Shown: positions 9,357 through 19,092 of the stretch, one piece after another
How positions within the stretch are numbered: position 1 is the first letter of the stretch
Layout: each line of letters opens with the position of its first letter
Origin: Planctomycetota bacterium
GTDB taxonomy: Bacteria > Planctomycetota > B143-G9
Direction: 5' to 3'
Assembly (NCBI GenBank): GCA_034521065.1
Contig: JAXHMW010000016.1
Span: 3,927 to 67,926 of the forward strand
Length of the DNA stretch: 64,000 nt
Program-made: the position numbers and the translations under genes
Notes under the pieces: generated by a model
What the model saw: the letters and a program-made list of their open reading frames with translations, nothing else
What the model was told of the DNA's origin: nothing
The model's database searches: none

Positions 9357-10424
9357 GGAATAGTAGGACTTCCCGGCAGCGGGAAGACCACGGTATTCAA
9401 TGCGGTAACATCGGAAAACGCCCCGACAGGCACCTACAGCGCTGCCGGGACGACCAATACAGCCACAGTTTGGGTTCCGGACGAGCGTCTTCAAGCTCTG
9501 AGGGAACATTACAACCCGAAGAAGTACACTCCCGCTTCGTTTCAGTTTCGCGACTTCTGCGTCGTGACCGGCGAAGGAGGGGAGGTCAACGAGCTGAATG
9601 CGCGCATGATCGCCGCCGTTCGAGAGGTTGATGCGCTGGTGAAGGTCGTAAGGGGCTTCGATGAAATCGACGGCTCCGAGCCTCAGGCGCTGGAGGACAT
9701 AGACACCATAGACGCCGAGTTCCTTTTCGCCGATCTGGAGATAATCGAGAAGCGGCTCGAAAAGCTCGAAAAGAGTACCCAGCGCCCCCACCAGAAGCTC
9801 AACGAGGAACTCCGCGAAAAGGCTCTTCTGGAGCGGTGCCGGGAACAGTTGCTGGCAGAAGAGCCGCTCAGCGGGCTGGAGATTACTCCCGACGAAGAGA
9901 AGGTGATCAGGGGGTTCCAGTTCATTACTCAGAAGCCGTCCCTTGTCCTGCTGAACCTCGATGACGACACCGAACTCGATGATGCACAGAAGAAGTTCGG
10001 TGAACTGTTCGAAAAGTATCCGAACACGATCGCTCTCCGAGGTTCTATCGAGATGGAGATAGCTCAACTTCCGCCCGAAGAACGCGAGGAGTTCATGCAG
10101 GAGATGGGCATCGAGGTGTCCGCAACCGACCGAGTGGTTCAGGCGTGCTTCGGGCTGTTGGGCCTGATTTCTTTTTTCACGATCGGTGAAGATGAGGTCA
10201 AGGCGTGGACACTCAGGAAAGGTCGTCCGGTAATTGACGCTGCCGGTGCTATCCACACCGACCTCGCAAAGGGATTCATCCGCGCGGAGGTCGTTCCTTT
10301 CGGGAAGATTTCGAGCGTCGGCCACGACTTCAAGGAAGCACGCAGGCAGGGCCTGACAACCCTTGAACACAAGGAATACGTCGTAAGTGACGGAGATATA
10401 ATAGATATTCGTTTCAGCAAATGA
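9357..10424 (+). CDS. ychF: ribosome-binding ATPase YchF
   Basis: It has the MIVGIVGLPGSGKTTVFNA P-loop, a helical insert and a C-terminal KGFIRAEV...EYVVSDGDIIDIRF. ATG 9357 is the start; the ORF-track start at 9207 overlaps suhB. Confidence 0.9.
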   Translation, partial: GIVGLPGSGKTTVFNAVTSENAPTGTYSAAGTTNTATVWVPDERLQALREHYNPKKYTPASFQFRDFCVVTGEGGEVNELNARMIAAVREVDALVKVVRGFDEIDGSEPQALEDIDTIDAEFLFADLEIIEKRLEKLEKSTQRPHQKLNEELREKALLERCREQLLAEEPLSGLEITPDEEKVIRGFQFITQKPSLVLLNLDDDTELDDAQKKFGELFEKYPNTIALRGSIEMEIAQLPPEEREEFMQEMGIEVSATDRVVQACFGLLGLISFFTIGEDEVKAWTLRKGRPVIDAAGAIHTDLAKGFIRAEVVPFGKISSVGHDFKEARRQGLTTLEHKEYVVSDGDIIDIRFSK

Positions 10425-10437
10425 CCCGGGAGGTCGC

Positions 10438-13143
10438 ATGAAGACCGCTGCAAGGCTCTTGCTTTTCGTCGCAGGTGCGGCGCTTTTGTCAGGTTGTGTC
10501 CAGAACACCGTGTCCATGCGCGTAGCGAGTTACCGCCTGCCAAAGCAGTACAGCGATGATGTGCGCCGCAATATTGCCAATTCCGCGAACGAGGATGAGC
10601 TTTTCGCGTTCCTCGACACCTACCGCAAAGACAGGCGGAAGCTCGAAGCAGCAGCGTTCCTCGTGGCCAACATGCCGCACGTGGATGCTGTGTCACTCAC
10701 CGCTACCGAACTTCGCGAGCACGTTGACCTCGCTTTCCGTGTACGCAAAGAGATGCCGTGGGGTGGGCAACTCACCGACGAGCTTTTCCTGCACTACGTT
10801 CTTCCTCACCGGGTCAGCGGTGAGCCTCATGAGCGCTGGAGGAGTGAGTTCTATCGTCAACTCTCAGACACGGTCAAGGACTGCGAAAGTATGTCCGAAG
10901 CCGCGTTGAAAGTGAACGTATGGTGTCGGCTCAACGCGAAATACAAGGCAAGCAGCGCCCGCGACCAAGGGCCATTGACAACCATCAGGCGCGGTTACGG
11001 TCGTTGTGAGGAAGAGATGATCCTCTACGTGTGCGCGGCCCGTTCGGTTGGGCTGCCCGCGCGACAGTGTTACACTCCCCGCTGGCAACACAGCAACAGC
11101 AATCACGCATGGGTAGAGGTGTGGGCCGATGGCGGCTGGCACTTCCTCGGAGCATGCGAGCCCGCTGCGACCCTCGATTCCGCCTGGTTCGACAGGCCAT
11201 CAGCGAGAGCCGCATTCGTCGTTTCAACGGTTTTCGGTGAGATTCAGAACACCGACGAGCCCGTTTATCGCCGTGGCGACGGCTACACGATGATCAACTC
11301 GACGGGCGTATATACGAAAACCGGAACGCTCGAAGTATTCGTGACCGACAAAGGCCGGCCCGTACCGGACGAACGCGTGATACTCAGCGTGTTCAACTTT
11401 GGAATGTTCAGCCCCATCGCCTCCGTGCCTGTCAACGAGGAGGGCAGGGGTTCCATAGAGCTCGGGCCGAGTACTGTTTTCGCCGCTGCGGGCAGTGGCG
11501 ACCGGTTCGGCTACAAGCTCGTAAGCGTAAGAAGCGGCGAGACATCAACCGTCGAGATAGACATATCCGAAAGCGAAATGCCAAAGGGTAAGTTCCTCAT
11601 GACCTTTGGCACCGGTCCCACGGCGACTGTCGCGGGTTCGCGGAAGAACAGGGTCAGTATTGATGTTGACCGCAAAAGCCTGCAAGGAGTTCTCCAGGCG
11701 CGTCTGAACGGCTACAAGCGTGCCGTGGAGGACTATCTCGGCACCGACGAGAACCCCGATGTCATGGAAACGTCGTTCGCGAAAGCCCTACTGCTCTCTG
11801 TGGGCAATGTTTATGAGATTCTCGAAGCACACAGGCAGATACCTGATAAGTACCGTCCATGGCTTGAGAAGTACGTGGCGGACATGGAGGACAAACAGCG
11901 CCTCGAGTGTGTTTCAGGCCAGATCGTTCGCGATGTTGTGACAGCCTGTGAAAGACGTGAGAGGCTGGCGAAAATGGGCTTTGCGTACTCTGATGAGGTT
12001 TTCGAGAAGTACGTACTGCACAACTACGTTTACGGCGAACACTACACCTTCTACCGCGACATGTTTCCCGTCTATGATGATGACGAGTTGCAGCACGGGG
12101 TGTGCCGCACCGTGGATGCCTCGGCCTGGGCGAACTTCATCGAGTCGTTCATCGAAATGCTCGACGTGGTGGATGGCAACATTTTCGGCAATATTATGAC
12201 GCCACCCGCTATCTTCAGAAGCGGAACCGTCACCGACCGGGGCGACGGTCTCGAAAAGATAATCTTCTTCGTAGCAGCGATGAGGGCGAGCGGCGTTCCT
12301 GCAAGATATGACAGGACTTGGGATAAGGTTGAGTACTTCGACGGCCAGGACTGGAGGCTCGTGAAGCAGCTTTCTTCCGGTCAGGAGGACGAAACCGGCG
12401 GCGAGAAGCAGAAGGTAAGTGTATCTTTCGAGTACAACGGCGAAAGGCTTTCCGAGAAGCAGTGCAAGTACTTCCGTGCGTTCGCATTTTCTCGTTTCCA
12501 CAAGGATGGTTACTTCTCTCACGTGCTCGTTGACGCCCAATACGACGAGGACTCGCGCTCGTTCAGCACTATGCTTGCTCCCGGTTCTTACTATGTCACT
12601 GCCGCGAAGCGCAACGCGCTTTCAGAGCCGGAGGTCAATCTGATTCCGTTCGAGGTGACCGACAAGCCCCTGACCATTCACGTGAACCTTGACCATTCAC
12701 TCAAGCGTCCGATGCCCATCGTGCGCAATCCGCGTTCTCTCGAAGCGACCGAAGCCAGGACACTCGAAGGCAAAACTGTGAAGATTGGTGTCGCGAGCAA
12801 GGACACTCGAACGGTTTACGTGTTCTTCGACACTCTTTCCGAACCCTCGACCGCGATGATGCCGATTATCGCACAGGCAGCAAGCGCGAACGCGGAGGTC
12901 AGATTTGTGGGAATCTGCATTGCAGACAGCGAGAATGATGTTCGCAAGTTCGTAGAATCGAACGGCATATCCTTCCCGGTCGTCGTGGATGATGGCAGCA
13001 TTACCGGTAAGTACATACCTGACATGACGCTCGAGGCGAACATACCCTCGGTGCTCGTACTCGACAGCAACGGTGCGATAATATTGTGGGTCGAGGGGCA
13101 CACCTTATCTATCGGAGAACTTATCAACAAGGCAATGGAGTGA
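10438..13143 (+). CDS. lipoprotein with a transglutaminase-like core and a C-terminal Cys-less TlpA-like thioredoxin fold
   Basis: A lipobox (ALLSGC) is present. The transglutaminase core is GYGRCEEEMILYVCAARSVGLPAR...SNHAWVEVWADGGWHFLGACEP. A second, degenerate copy (FFVAAMRASGVPARY) follows. The last ~130 aa align to the TlpA/redoxin pattern, but with SEPS (12838-12849) where CxxC is expected. Confidence 0.8.
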   Translation: MKTAARLLLFVAGAALLSGCVQNTVSMRVASYRLPKQYSDDVRRNIANSANEDELFAFLDTYRKDRRKLEAAAFLVANMPHVDAVSLTATELREHVDLAFRVRKEMPWGGQLTDELFLHYVLPHRVSGEPHERWRSEFYRQLSDTVKDCESMSEAALKVNVWCRLNAKYKASSARDQGPLTTIRRGYGRCEEEMILYVCAARSVGLPARQCYTPRWQHSNSNHAWVEVWADGGWHFLGACEPAATLDSAWFDRPSARAAFVVSTVFGEIQNTDEPVYRRGDGYTMINSTGVYTKTGTLEVFVTDKGRPVPDERVILSVFNFGMFSPIASVPVNEEGRGSIELGPSTVFAAAGSGDRFGYKLVSVRSGETSTVEIDISESEMPKGKFLMTFGTGPTATVAGSRKNRVSIDVDRKSLQGVLQARLNGYKRAVEDYLGTDENPDVMETSFAKALLLSVGNVYEILEAHRQIPDKYRPWLEKYVADMEDKQRLECVSGQIVRDVVTACERRERLAKMGFAYSDEVFEKYVLHNYVYGEHYTFYRDMFPVYDDDELQHGVCRTVDASAWANFIESFIEMLDVVDGNIFGNIMTPPAIFRSGTVTDRGDGLEKIIFFVAAMRASGVPARYDRTWDKVEYFDGQDWRLVKQLSSGQEDETGGEKQKVSVSFEYNGERLSEKQCKYFRAFAFSRFHKDGYFSHVLVDAQYDEDSRSFSTMLAPGSYYVTAAKRNALSEPEVNLIPFEVTDKPLTIHVNLDHSLKRPMPIVRNPRSLEATEARTLEGKTVKIGVASKDTRTVYVFFDTLSEPSTAMMPIIAQAASANAEVRFVGICIADSENDVRKFVESNGISFPVVVDDGSITGKYIPDMTLEANIPSVLVLDSNGAIILWVEGHTLSIGELINKAME

Positions 13144-13145
13144 CA

Positions 13146-13490
13146 ATGGATACATCTGATAAGGTCGCCAATATACGCAAGGCGTTCGAGCGGCTTCCGG
13201 GACTCTTTGAAACCAATGGCAATGACCCCGCGGATGGCGCGTTGAGCGTCGTGCTCACCGGTTCGGAAGGGGAGTCTTTCACGCTCAGGATGAAGGAAGA
13301 CGAATGTGTTTTCGAGGAAGGTGAGGCCGAGGACGCCAAGGTCAAGGTGATAGCAAAGCCCGACATTTTCTACTCGGTCGTTCGGGGAGAGATGTCGCCC
13401 ATGAACGCCGTTTTTACGGGGCGCATGAACGTAAAGGGAAGCATGTCATTTCTGCAGAGCTTCCGAGAAGTACTTCACCGACATGCCTGA
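13146..13490 (+). CDS. SCP2 sterol-carrier-like domain protein (probable frame break near the 3' end)
   Basis: The protein has an SCP2-like layout (VVLTGSEGESFTLRMKEDECVFEEGEAEDAKVKVIAKPDIFYSVVRGEMSPMNAVFTGRMNVKGSM). A plausible continuation, EKYFTDMPEEYAEKDGDFWSKIRFLMDE, lies in another frame and ends at TAA 13549-13551. Confidence 0.65.
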   Translation: MDTSDKVANIRKAFERLPGLFETNGNDPADGALSVVLTGSEGESFTLRMKEDECVFEEGEAEDAKVKVIAKPDIFYSVVRGEMSPMNAVFTGRMNVKGSMSFLQSFREVLHRHA

Positions 13491-13697
13491 AGAGTACGCC
13501 GAAAAGGACGGTGACTTCTGGAGCAAGATTCGCTTCCTGATGGACGAATAACTTACTTCTTGTTGCCCTTTTTCGGGGGAATGAACAGTCGTCGGAAGGG
13601 AATGGTGCTGCCATCCCACTGTGAAAGAAGCGGCTCGTCTGTATGGGCTCTCACGCTCACGTCCAGCATACGTAACTGATGAATCTGTCCAAGTGTT

Positions 13698-15210
13698 TTA
13701 AGTGTCGGCGCTGTCAAGAGCTGTCGAGCCCTTGATTGTCAGCGAGCGCAGGCCCGACATCCCGGAAAGGGTTTGCGCGAGTTTCTCCGTCATCTCCATC
13801 GGGTATGCGATAGTCAGTGCCGCAATGCTCCCGGCACGGCCAAGGGGCTCGTAGCACAGGTCCACGAATCCGTCTCCGAAAAAAGCCAGTTCTCGAATGC
13901 TCTTGCTTTTGCAGAGGGCCGCTAACTCGTCCTCATGCAGGGGATGTACGCTGTTGAACAGAAGTTCCACGTGTTCCACAGATGAATTGGCGGCTATCGC
14001 ATTCACGAGCATCTCCCTTTCCTCTGTGAAGGGGCAGGAATAAACTCGTATGTCCTTCAGAGAACGTTTGCCGGCGAGTTTGCGTGCCGTCTGTTTTCCG
14101 AACTCGATATTTCCTCTCGGTTGCAACCACAGTTTTTCGAGAGAACGCATGCTGCATGCAGCGTTCAAAAGCTCATCATTTACCTCGACAGGCCCCACGG
14201 AGAGCTTTTTCAAAGCCCTGAATGCCTTCACCTTGATTGGTGAAATCAAAATCGGCTGAAAAAGCGAGAGTGATTCCAGCCTTGCCCACCGTTTCATGGC
14301 CTTGATGTGGCTATCCGAGGTCAGCAGTAGCTCTACTTTGGTGGGCGAGCATTTGCCGGTCAACGCGAATAGCTGCTCAGGCTCGACCTGCGACAAGAGG
14401 GAGAGCCACTTCAGCTTCTTCATAGTGGGAAACGCCATGCCTGAGAAGTTTTCAGCGGATTGCAGGATAAGTGCTTCCAACTTCTCGCACTTTTTGACAG
14501 CATCGTACGGAACATATGCACCGTTGAGATTGAGAAGGACGAGGCGAAGGTTCGGGGCGGAGAATGCGCAGAACGCCGTTCCCTCGACAATATGGGTGTT
14601 GAGAGTCAGTTCTTCGAGAGCGGTCATTTGCGACAGGTCGGGCACGTCTATCTCTGCGAAAGATTTGCTGTAGAAGGACAGATAGCGCAGATTTCGGTGT
14701 GAGGCAATCGGGTCAAGAAGTCTGCGCGGAATCTCCACTTCTCCGGTCTTGCAGTTGTCGTGAAGGATGTGCAGAAAGCGCAGATGTTTCATTTGCGCGA
14801 TTCGTTCCATGACACTGTCGTCGTAATGCCATGTAAGGGCGAGACCGGGGACTTGCGCCTCGTCCAACTCGTTGAGGATATCGAGAACCTGCTTCTTCGT
14901 GGCAAGGTGCTGCAACCTCGCACCCCAGATTACACCGGAAGGTCTTTGAAAACCGGCATCCTTGAAATATGGCGTGGACGCGAAGATGCCGGAAACCGGG
15001 AAGGTCAACGTGTCGAAATCCGTCTGAAGCGCCCAGTAGGTCAACTTTGCCGTCCAGCGTCCAGAAGTACATGGTGGAAGAAGAGTTGAAAGTGGAAGGA
15101 AAGTTCTCTTCCGTATGGGCAGGGAGCCAGCGGGAGCAGAACAGCGTGATGACCGCTATCAGAACGATAAAACTTCTATTCAAGGACGAGGGCATACGCA
15201 TCCATTGCAT
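13698..15210 (-). CDS. leucine-rich repeat (RNI-like) protein; signal peptide encoded in a different frame
   Basis: ORF 13698-15044 shows repeated LxxLxLxx units over about 400 aa. An ATG at 15210 opens MQWMRMPSSLNRSFIVLIAVITLFCSRWLPA (a signal peptide) in another frame. That frame meets the LRR frame near 15048. Confidence 0.65.
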
Positions 15211-15280
15211 TTTCTTTTCTGTACCGGAAACATCAAGGTAATGCACAGATTGTGCGGGATGAGAGTTGTGCGGGTGAAAG

Positions 15281-15370
15281 TGGCGGTGGGTGAGGGATTC
15301 GAACCCCCGGAGCCCAAAAGGGCTCAACGGTTTTCAAAACCGTCGCATTCGACCACTCTGCCAACCCACC
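15281..15370 (-). tRNA. tRNA-Ser (anticodon UGA), CCA encoded
   Basis: The minus-strand sequence is GGTGGGT...ACGGT-TTTGAAA-ACCGT-(long variable arm TGAGCCCTTTTGGGCTCC)-GGGGGTTCGAATCCCTC-ACCCACC-G-CCA. It is a class II tRNA with anticodon TGA. Confidence 0.9.
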
Positions 15371-15390
15371 GCGCTCGAAAAAAACCCGTT

Positions 15391-15834
15391 TTATATCAGA
15401 CCTTCAAGGTCGTCATCCAGTTCGTCATCGGAGTGCCTGTCGTCGATTGCTGAAGCCTCGAAGACCTCCTCGCTCACGTAAAGCGGCAGTCCGAAGCGGG
15501 TTGCGAATGCAATGGCGTCGGACGGTCGGGCATCGACCTTCTTCAAGCCGTCCTCCGTCGCAAGGTGAAGGTCGGCGTAGAAGGTGCCGTTTTCCAGGCG
15601 AGTAATGTCCACCCTCGTAAGTTTCGCGCCGAGTGCATGCAGCATGTCCGAAACGAGGTCGTGCGTCATCGGGCGTTCAGTAGGAATCTTGTACAGGCCC
15701 ATCTGTATGGCATTGGCCTCGAAGATGCCTATGACAATCGGTATCAGCTTGCCGGTATCCTCATCGCGAAGGAATATGGTCTGCTCCGGCGTGCGTTCGT
15801 TTAGTATGATTCTTGCCAGCTTAGCTTTTCTCAC
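15391..15834 (-). CDS. bifunctional nuclease family protein (BFN/DUF151)
   Basis: LIPIVIGIFEANAIQMGL...RPMTHDL...ARPSDAIAFATRFGLPLYV matches the BFN-domain pattern. GTG 15834 (VRKAKLARIIL) fits family N-termini better than the ORF-track TTG at 15867. Confidence 0.8.
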   Translation of the reverse strand: MRKAKLARIILNERTPEQTIFLRDEDTGKLIPIVIGIFEANAIQMGLYKIPTERPMTHDLVSDMLHALGAKLTRVDITRLENGTFYADLHLATEDGLKKVDARPSDAIAFATRFGLPLYVSEEVFEASAIDDRHSDDELDDDLEGLI

Positions 15835-15840
15835 GCTGTA

Positions 15841-15867
15841 ATTATAGGACAGTGGAGCTCTGGTCAA
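15841..15867 (-). promoter_or_regulatory. candidate sigma70-type promoter giving a leaderless BFN mRNA
   Basis: On the minus strand, TTGACC (15867-15862), a 15-nt spacer and TATAAT (15846-15841) are present. The GTG start lies 6 nt after the -10 element, and there is no SD. Confidence 0.35.
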
Positions 15868-15895
15868 AGAAAAAGGCCGGAGCGAACTCCGGCCT
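15866..15895 (-). terminator. rho-independent terminator of the large surface-protein gene
   Basis: GGCCGGAG-CGAA-CTCCGGCC forms an 8-bp stem (15875-15894), followed on the minus strand by TTTTTCTTT. It lies 26 nt after the stop at 15921. Confidence 0.55.
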
Positions 15896-15920
15896 CTTAT
15901 GGTTTGAGTGCGGGATAAGG

Positions 15921-18900
15921 TTATCGAAGCAGTTTGCGAATAAGCGTCCTTAAAGCACGGTGTTTCCCCAAAACGGCGGCGGGGGAGGGGGAAACGGCGT
16001 AATAAAGCGATGTAAGGGATTCACCGCTTACCGAGGCGGCAAGGGCGGAATCGCGAACCGAACACAGCGCTTTAACGGAAGCCTCGCCCATCGAGCCGAA
16101 AGCTGCGGTTGCAACGAAGCAGCCTCCGCCGTGGTCGGGGGGTTCTTGTGCTTCTTCCGCCAGTTGCGGCTGCGGAGCCACAACGAACGAGTTCTGTGAA
16201 AAGTTGAAGTTTTCGGTAAACAGGACTTTCAGGTCGCGGCCCTGCCAGTAAGCCACGATTATTTCCTCGCTGGATGAGAGATCTGTATCCAGCATCCAGT
16301 GTACGTTTGGCCCGAGGCTCAGGGTGACGCGCTCCCACACACGGCCGTTGTTGCGCAGATACACAAGCTGTTCGCCGTCGTTGTATGCGAGGTGAACGTA
16401 GCCTTCCGAACTGATTACAAACGACGCGAATATGCCCTCGGTGGAGTCCTCGTTGAGGATGATGTCCGTGTGCCAACCGTCCTCGTCGGCATAAGCTATG
16501 CGGTAGTTGAACGTCTCTTCGTAGGTGTATTCTTTGTAACCGATGAACGGCCTGCCCGCGATATCAACCGCGAGCTGGAATGGCCCGGAGAGGATATCGC
16601 TTTGCAGAACGGTCTCACTTCTCCAGCGGGTATTGTCTTCGAGAACAGCATACTTGATGGATAGCTCTTGGTGCGGTCGAAGTAGATGACCTGGGGCACG
16701 TCAACCAGCGGTGTCAGGCCTATGTCGCAGAAGAACCCGATGTCGTTGTCACTCATTATCGGCAGAAGGACCCAGCCGCCGGGGGTCTTGTGAAGGTAGC
16801 GGACGTTCTGCTGCTCTACGCCGTAATATACGACGTGAGCCCTGTCTTGACTGTCGAGAACCATTGACATGGAGCGTCCGTATTCGCCGCTCTCTACCAC
16901 CTCGATGGTGAAGGAACCTTCGCCGGGCTTACCGGCCATCTGTTCGAAGCTTCCGTACAAGACCATCTGGTTGATTCCGTCATAATACACGATATGCGGG
17001 TTGCCTTGCGAGTCGAGCTTCATGTCCATGAAGGTCCCAACGTTTTCGCCCTCGGCGACGACGTACTCGGTCCACTCTCCCTGGTACAGAATGTGGCAGC
17101 GGAGTTCGCGGGTCTCGTGTGAATAGAAGGCGACCGCATATACTCCGTTCACGGAGGAGACGTCAGCTTTCACGTTGCGGCCCTCGAATCCTTGGGCGAT
17201 GTACTGGCTTTCGCCCCACTTTGTCAGAGGAGAATCCTCGATCTCTTGCCAGAGCCATTCTGCCGAAGAGGGCTGGTTGATAATTGTGGAGAAAATGGGA
17301 AGTGCACCGTTGATTATGGAGCCTGTTCCCTCGTATCCCACGCAGACATAGCCGTTCGAGTTAGGCATGACGGAGGCGTAGAACATGCCGCCGGCATCGA
17401 CCCAGTAGTCGCCGACAGAAGGTTGTGGGTCGCCGAACGAAACTGAGTTCCTGATGCGTACCTTGTACTGTGTGGCCCATTCGGAACGCTGTGTCGTGGG
17501 GCCGAGAATCGTTACCGCTTGAATGTTCGAATTGCCGAGGGACGGTTCGAGTTGAACGGCGCCCTCGCCTTCACCACTCCAGCCCGAAAGGTAGCGGGTA
17601 TCGAGCGCGGATGGCGGCGGTGTCGCCTGCAGAATTACGGTGGAGCCGTAAGTGTACCAGCCGGACACGTCGGAGGCAAAGCCTCCGTTGACCGCGTCGA
17701 TAGTGAGATAGAACTCGGCATACCAGCGGGCATGCATAGAAATGGGGGAGTTCATCGTGACGGTCTGTATTGGGGTGCCACCGTCAACGGAGCCGTTTCC
17801 GGTACCGTCCCAGCCGGGTCCGTCCACCCAGTTGAATCTCTGTTGGCTGTTGTCGGCCGGCGGGGTAGCGACGAGTGTGACCTGCGCACCTTCGTCGAAC
17901 CAAGAGCCATCCGCTGGTGTAACGGTGCCGAAGTTCGCGCTTGTGGAAAGCTCGTACTGAAGCTGCCACTGCCAGGTGAGATAGGTCGGCTGATTGAGGG
18001 AGAACTCGGGAACGACAAATCCGGAACCGTCTATTGTGGCTCCGGTGGCCTCGTAGCCGGTGCAGCGGAATACTCACTCCCGGAGCTACCGGGACGAATT
18101 CGCTCACACCGGTGTTGATATGTGTGCCGGGAAGGTAGTAGTCGGCTGGGTCGCCTTCAACGGCGTTCATTGAGTTCGCGATGCCGAGTTCATAGCGGGT
18201 CTCGTAGGTCCAGGAGATAATTGTGGGCTGTGTCATGTTCCAGTCGGGAATGACATTGCCTGTGCCGTCGTCTATGGCACCGCTTGCGGCCCATCCGACG
18301 GCGTACTTGCGTTCGCCGGGGCCGGTGTCGGCGTACTCGAATACACCAACGTTGACCATCGGGTCATCTTTGAAGTACCAGCCAGGGCTGCACGAGAAAT
18401 GGCGATATCGCACCCTGCATGGAGAGTTTGTACTGTATTTCCCAATCCCAGACAATTTGAGTGTAGAAGTTCAGTTGAAACGGCGGAATATCAGGCGTGG
18501 AACCACTGGCGGGTGCGGAACCGGTCGCAGTCCAGCCGCGAACGTATCTCCGCGTGTCAATGCCAGGATTTACAGGCCCGCTTATGCCCGTCTCAATCGT
18601 TGCACCGGCCGTGTACCACCCGGTGTCGTCTCCTGAGACATTGCCTTGGGAAGAGATTACATCGAGGCAATACTCGTGGCGGTAAATGGCACGGATGTTC
18701 TGAGAGGTGTCGAAACCAGACTGGATGTCAATGTCTCTCGTGGCATTGGTGTTGCCGTCATACCACTCCTGGAAAATGTACCGATCCTGACCGACGACTA
18801 CGAATGCTTCCTGTTGTGCTGCAAAGGTGTGGATGCCATAGTCCACATCTATACTTGCAGGAAACGAATCGTATTGGATGCCGTCAACCGTGATGGTGCT

Positions 18901-19032
18901 GCCCGAATAAGTGGAGTCAACCGTTATGGTTATCTCCGCACGGGCAGAACTTGCGGTGAGACCGAAACAGAGCAGGCTGAAAAACAAGACCGCGACGAAA
19001 AGTGCGGCAATTTTCGGGGCGCGTTCGAACAT
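15921..19032 (-). CDS. large secreted repeat / beta-propeller-like surface protein (~1040 aa) with at least 4 frame breaks
   Basis: ATG 19032 follows a GGAGGG SD and opens a signal peptide (IAALFVAVLFFSLLCFGLTASSARA). Repeated modules of the form GWYxxGxxV...RYxxGWxGxG follow. A central part has recurring xHIVYYDG / AHVVYYG / VHLAYNDG blades. The C-terminus reads GGGCFVATAAFGS...LYYAVSP. The protein continues seamlessly across ORF-track pieces 18364-19101, 17784-18455, 16496-17827 and 15921-16364, plus an unlisted in-frame stretch to about 16690. Confidence 0.7.
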
Positions 19033-19064
19033 ATCAAAACCCTCCGGGTGTTGCCTTGACGTCA

Positions 19065-19092
19065 ATGATACATGCGGGCTTGCCCATGTCAA
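19065..19092 (-). promoter_or_regulatory. candidate sigma70-type promoter of the surface-protein gene
   Basis: On the minus strand, TTGACA (19092-19087), a 16-nt spacer and TATCAT (19070-19065) are present, about 30 nt upstream of ATG 19032. Confidence 0.45.

Noticed and set aside
9294-10517. A 407-aa ORF antisense to ychF.
   Set aside because: The same reasoning applies: the opposite strand encodes a textbook YchF, and the antisense product has low complexity and no start context.
14713-15327. A 204-aa ORF running across tRNA-Ser.
   Set aside because: Its 5' part overlaps the tRNA gene and has no protein-like features. Only the segment from ATG 15210 (the signal peptide of the LRR protein) is credible.
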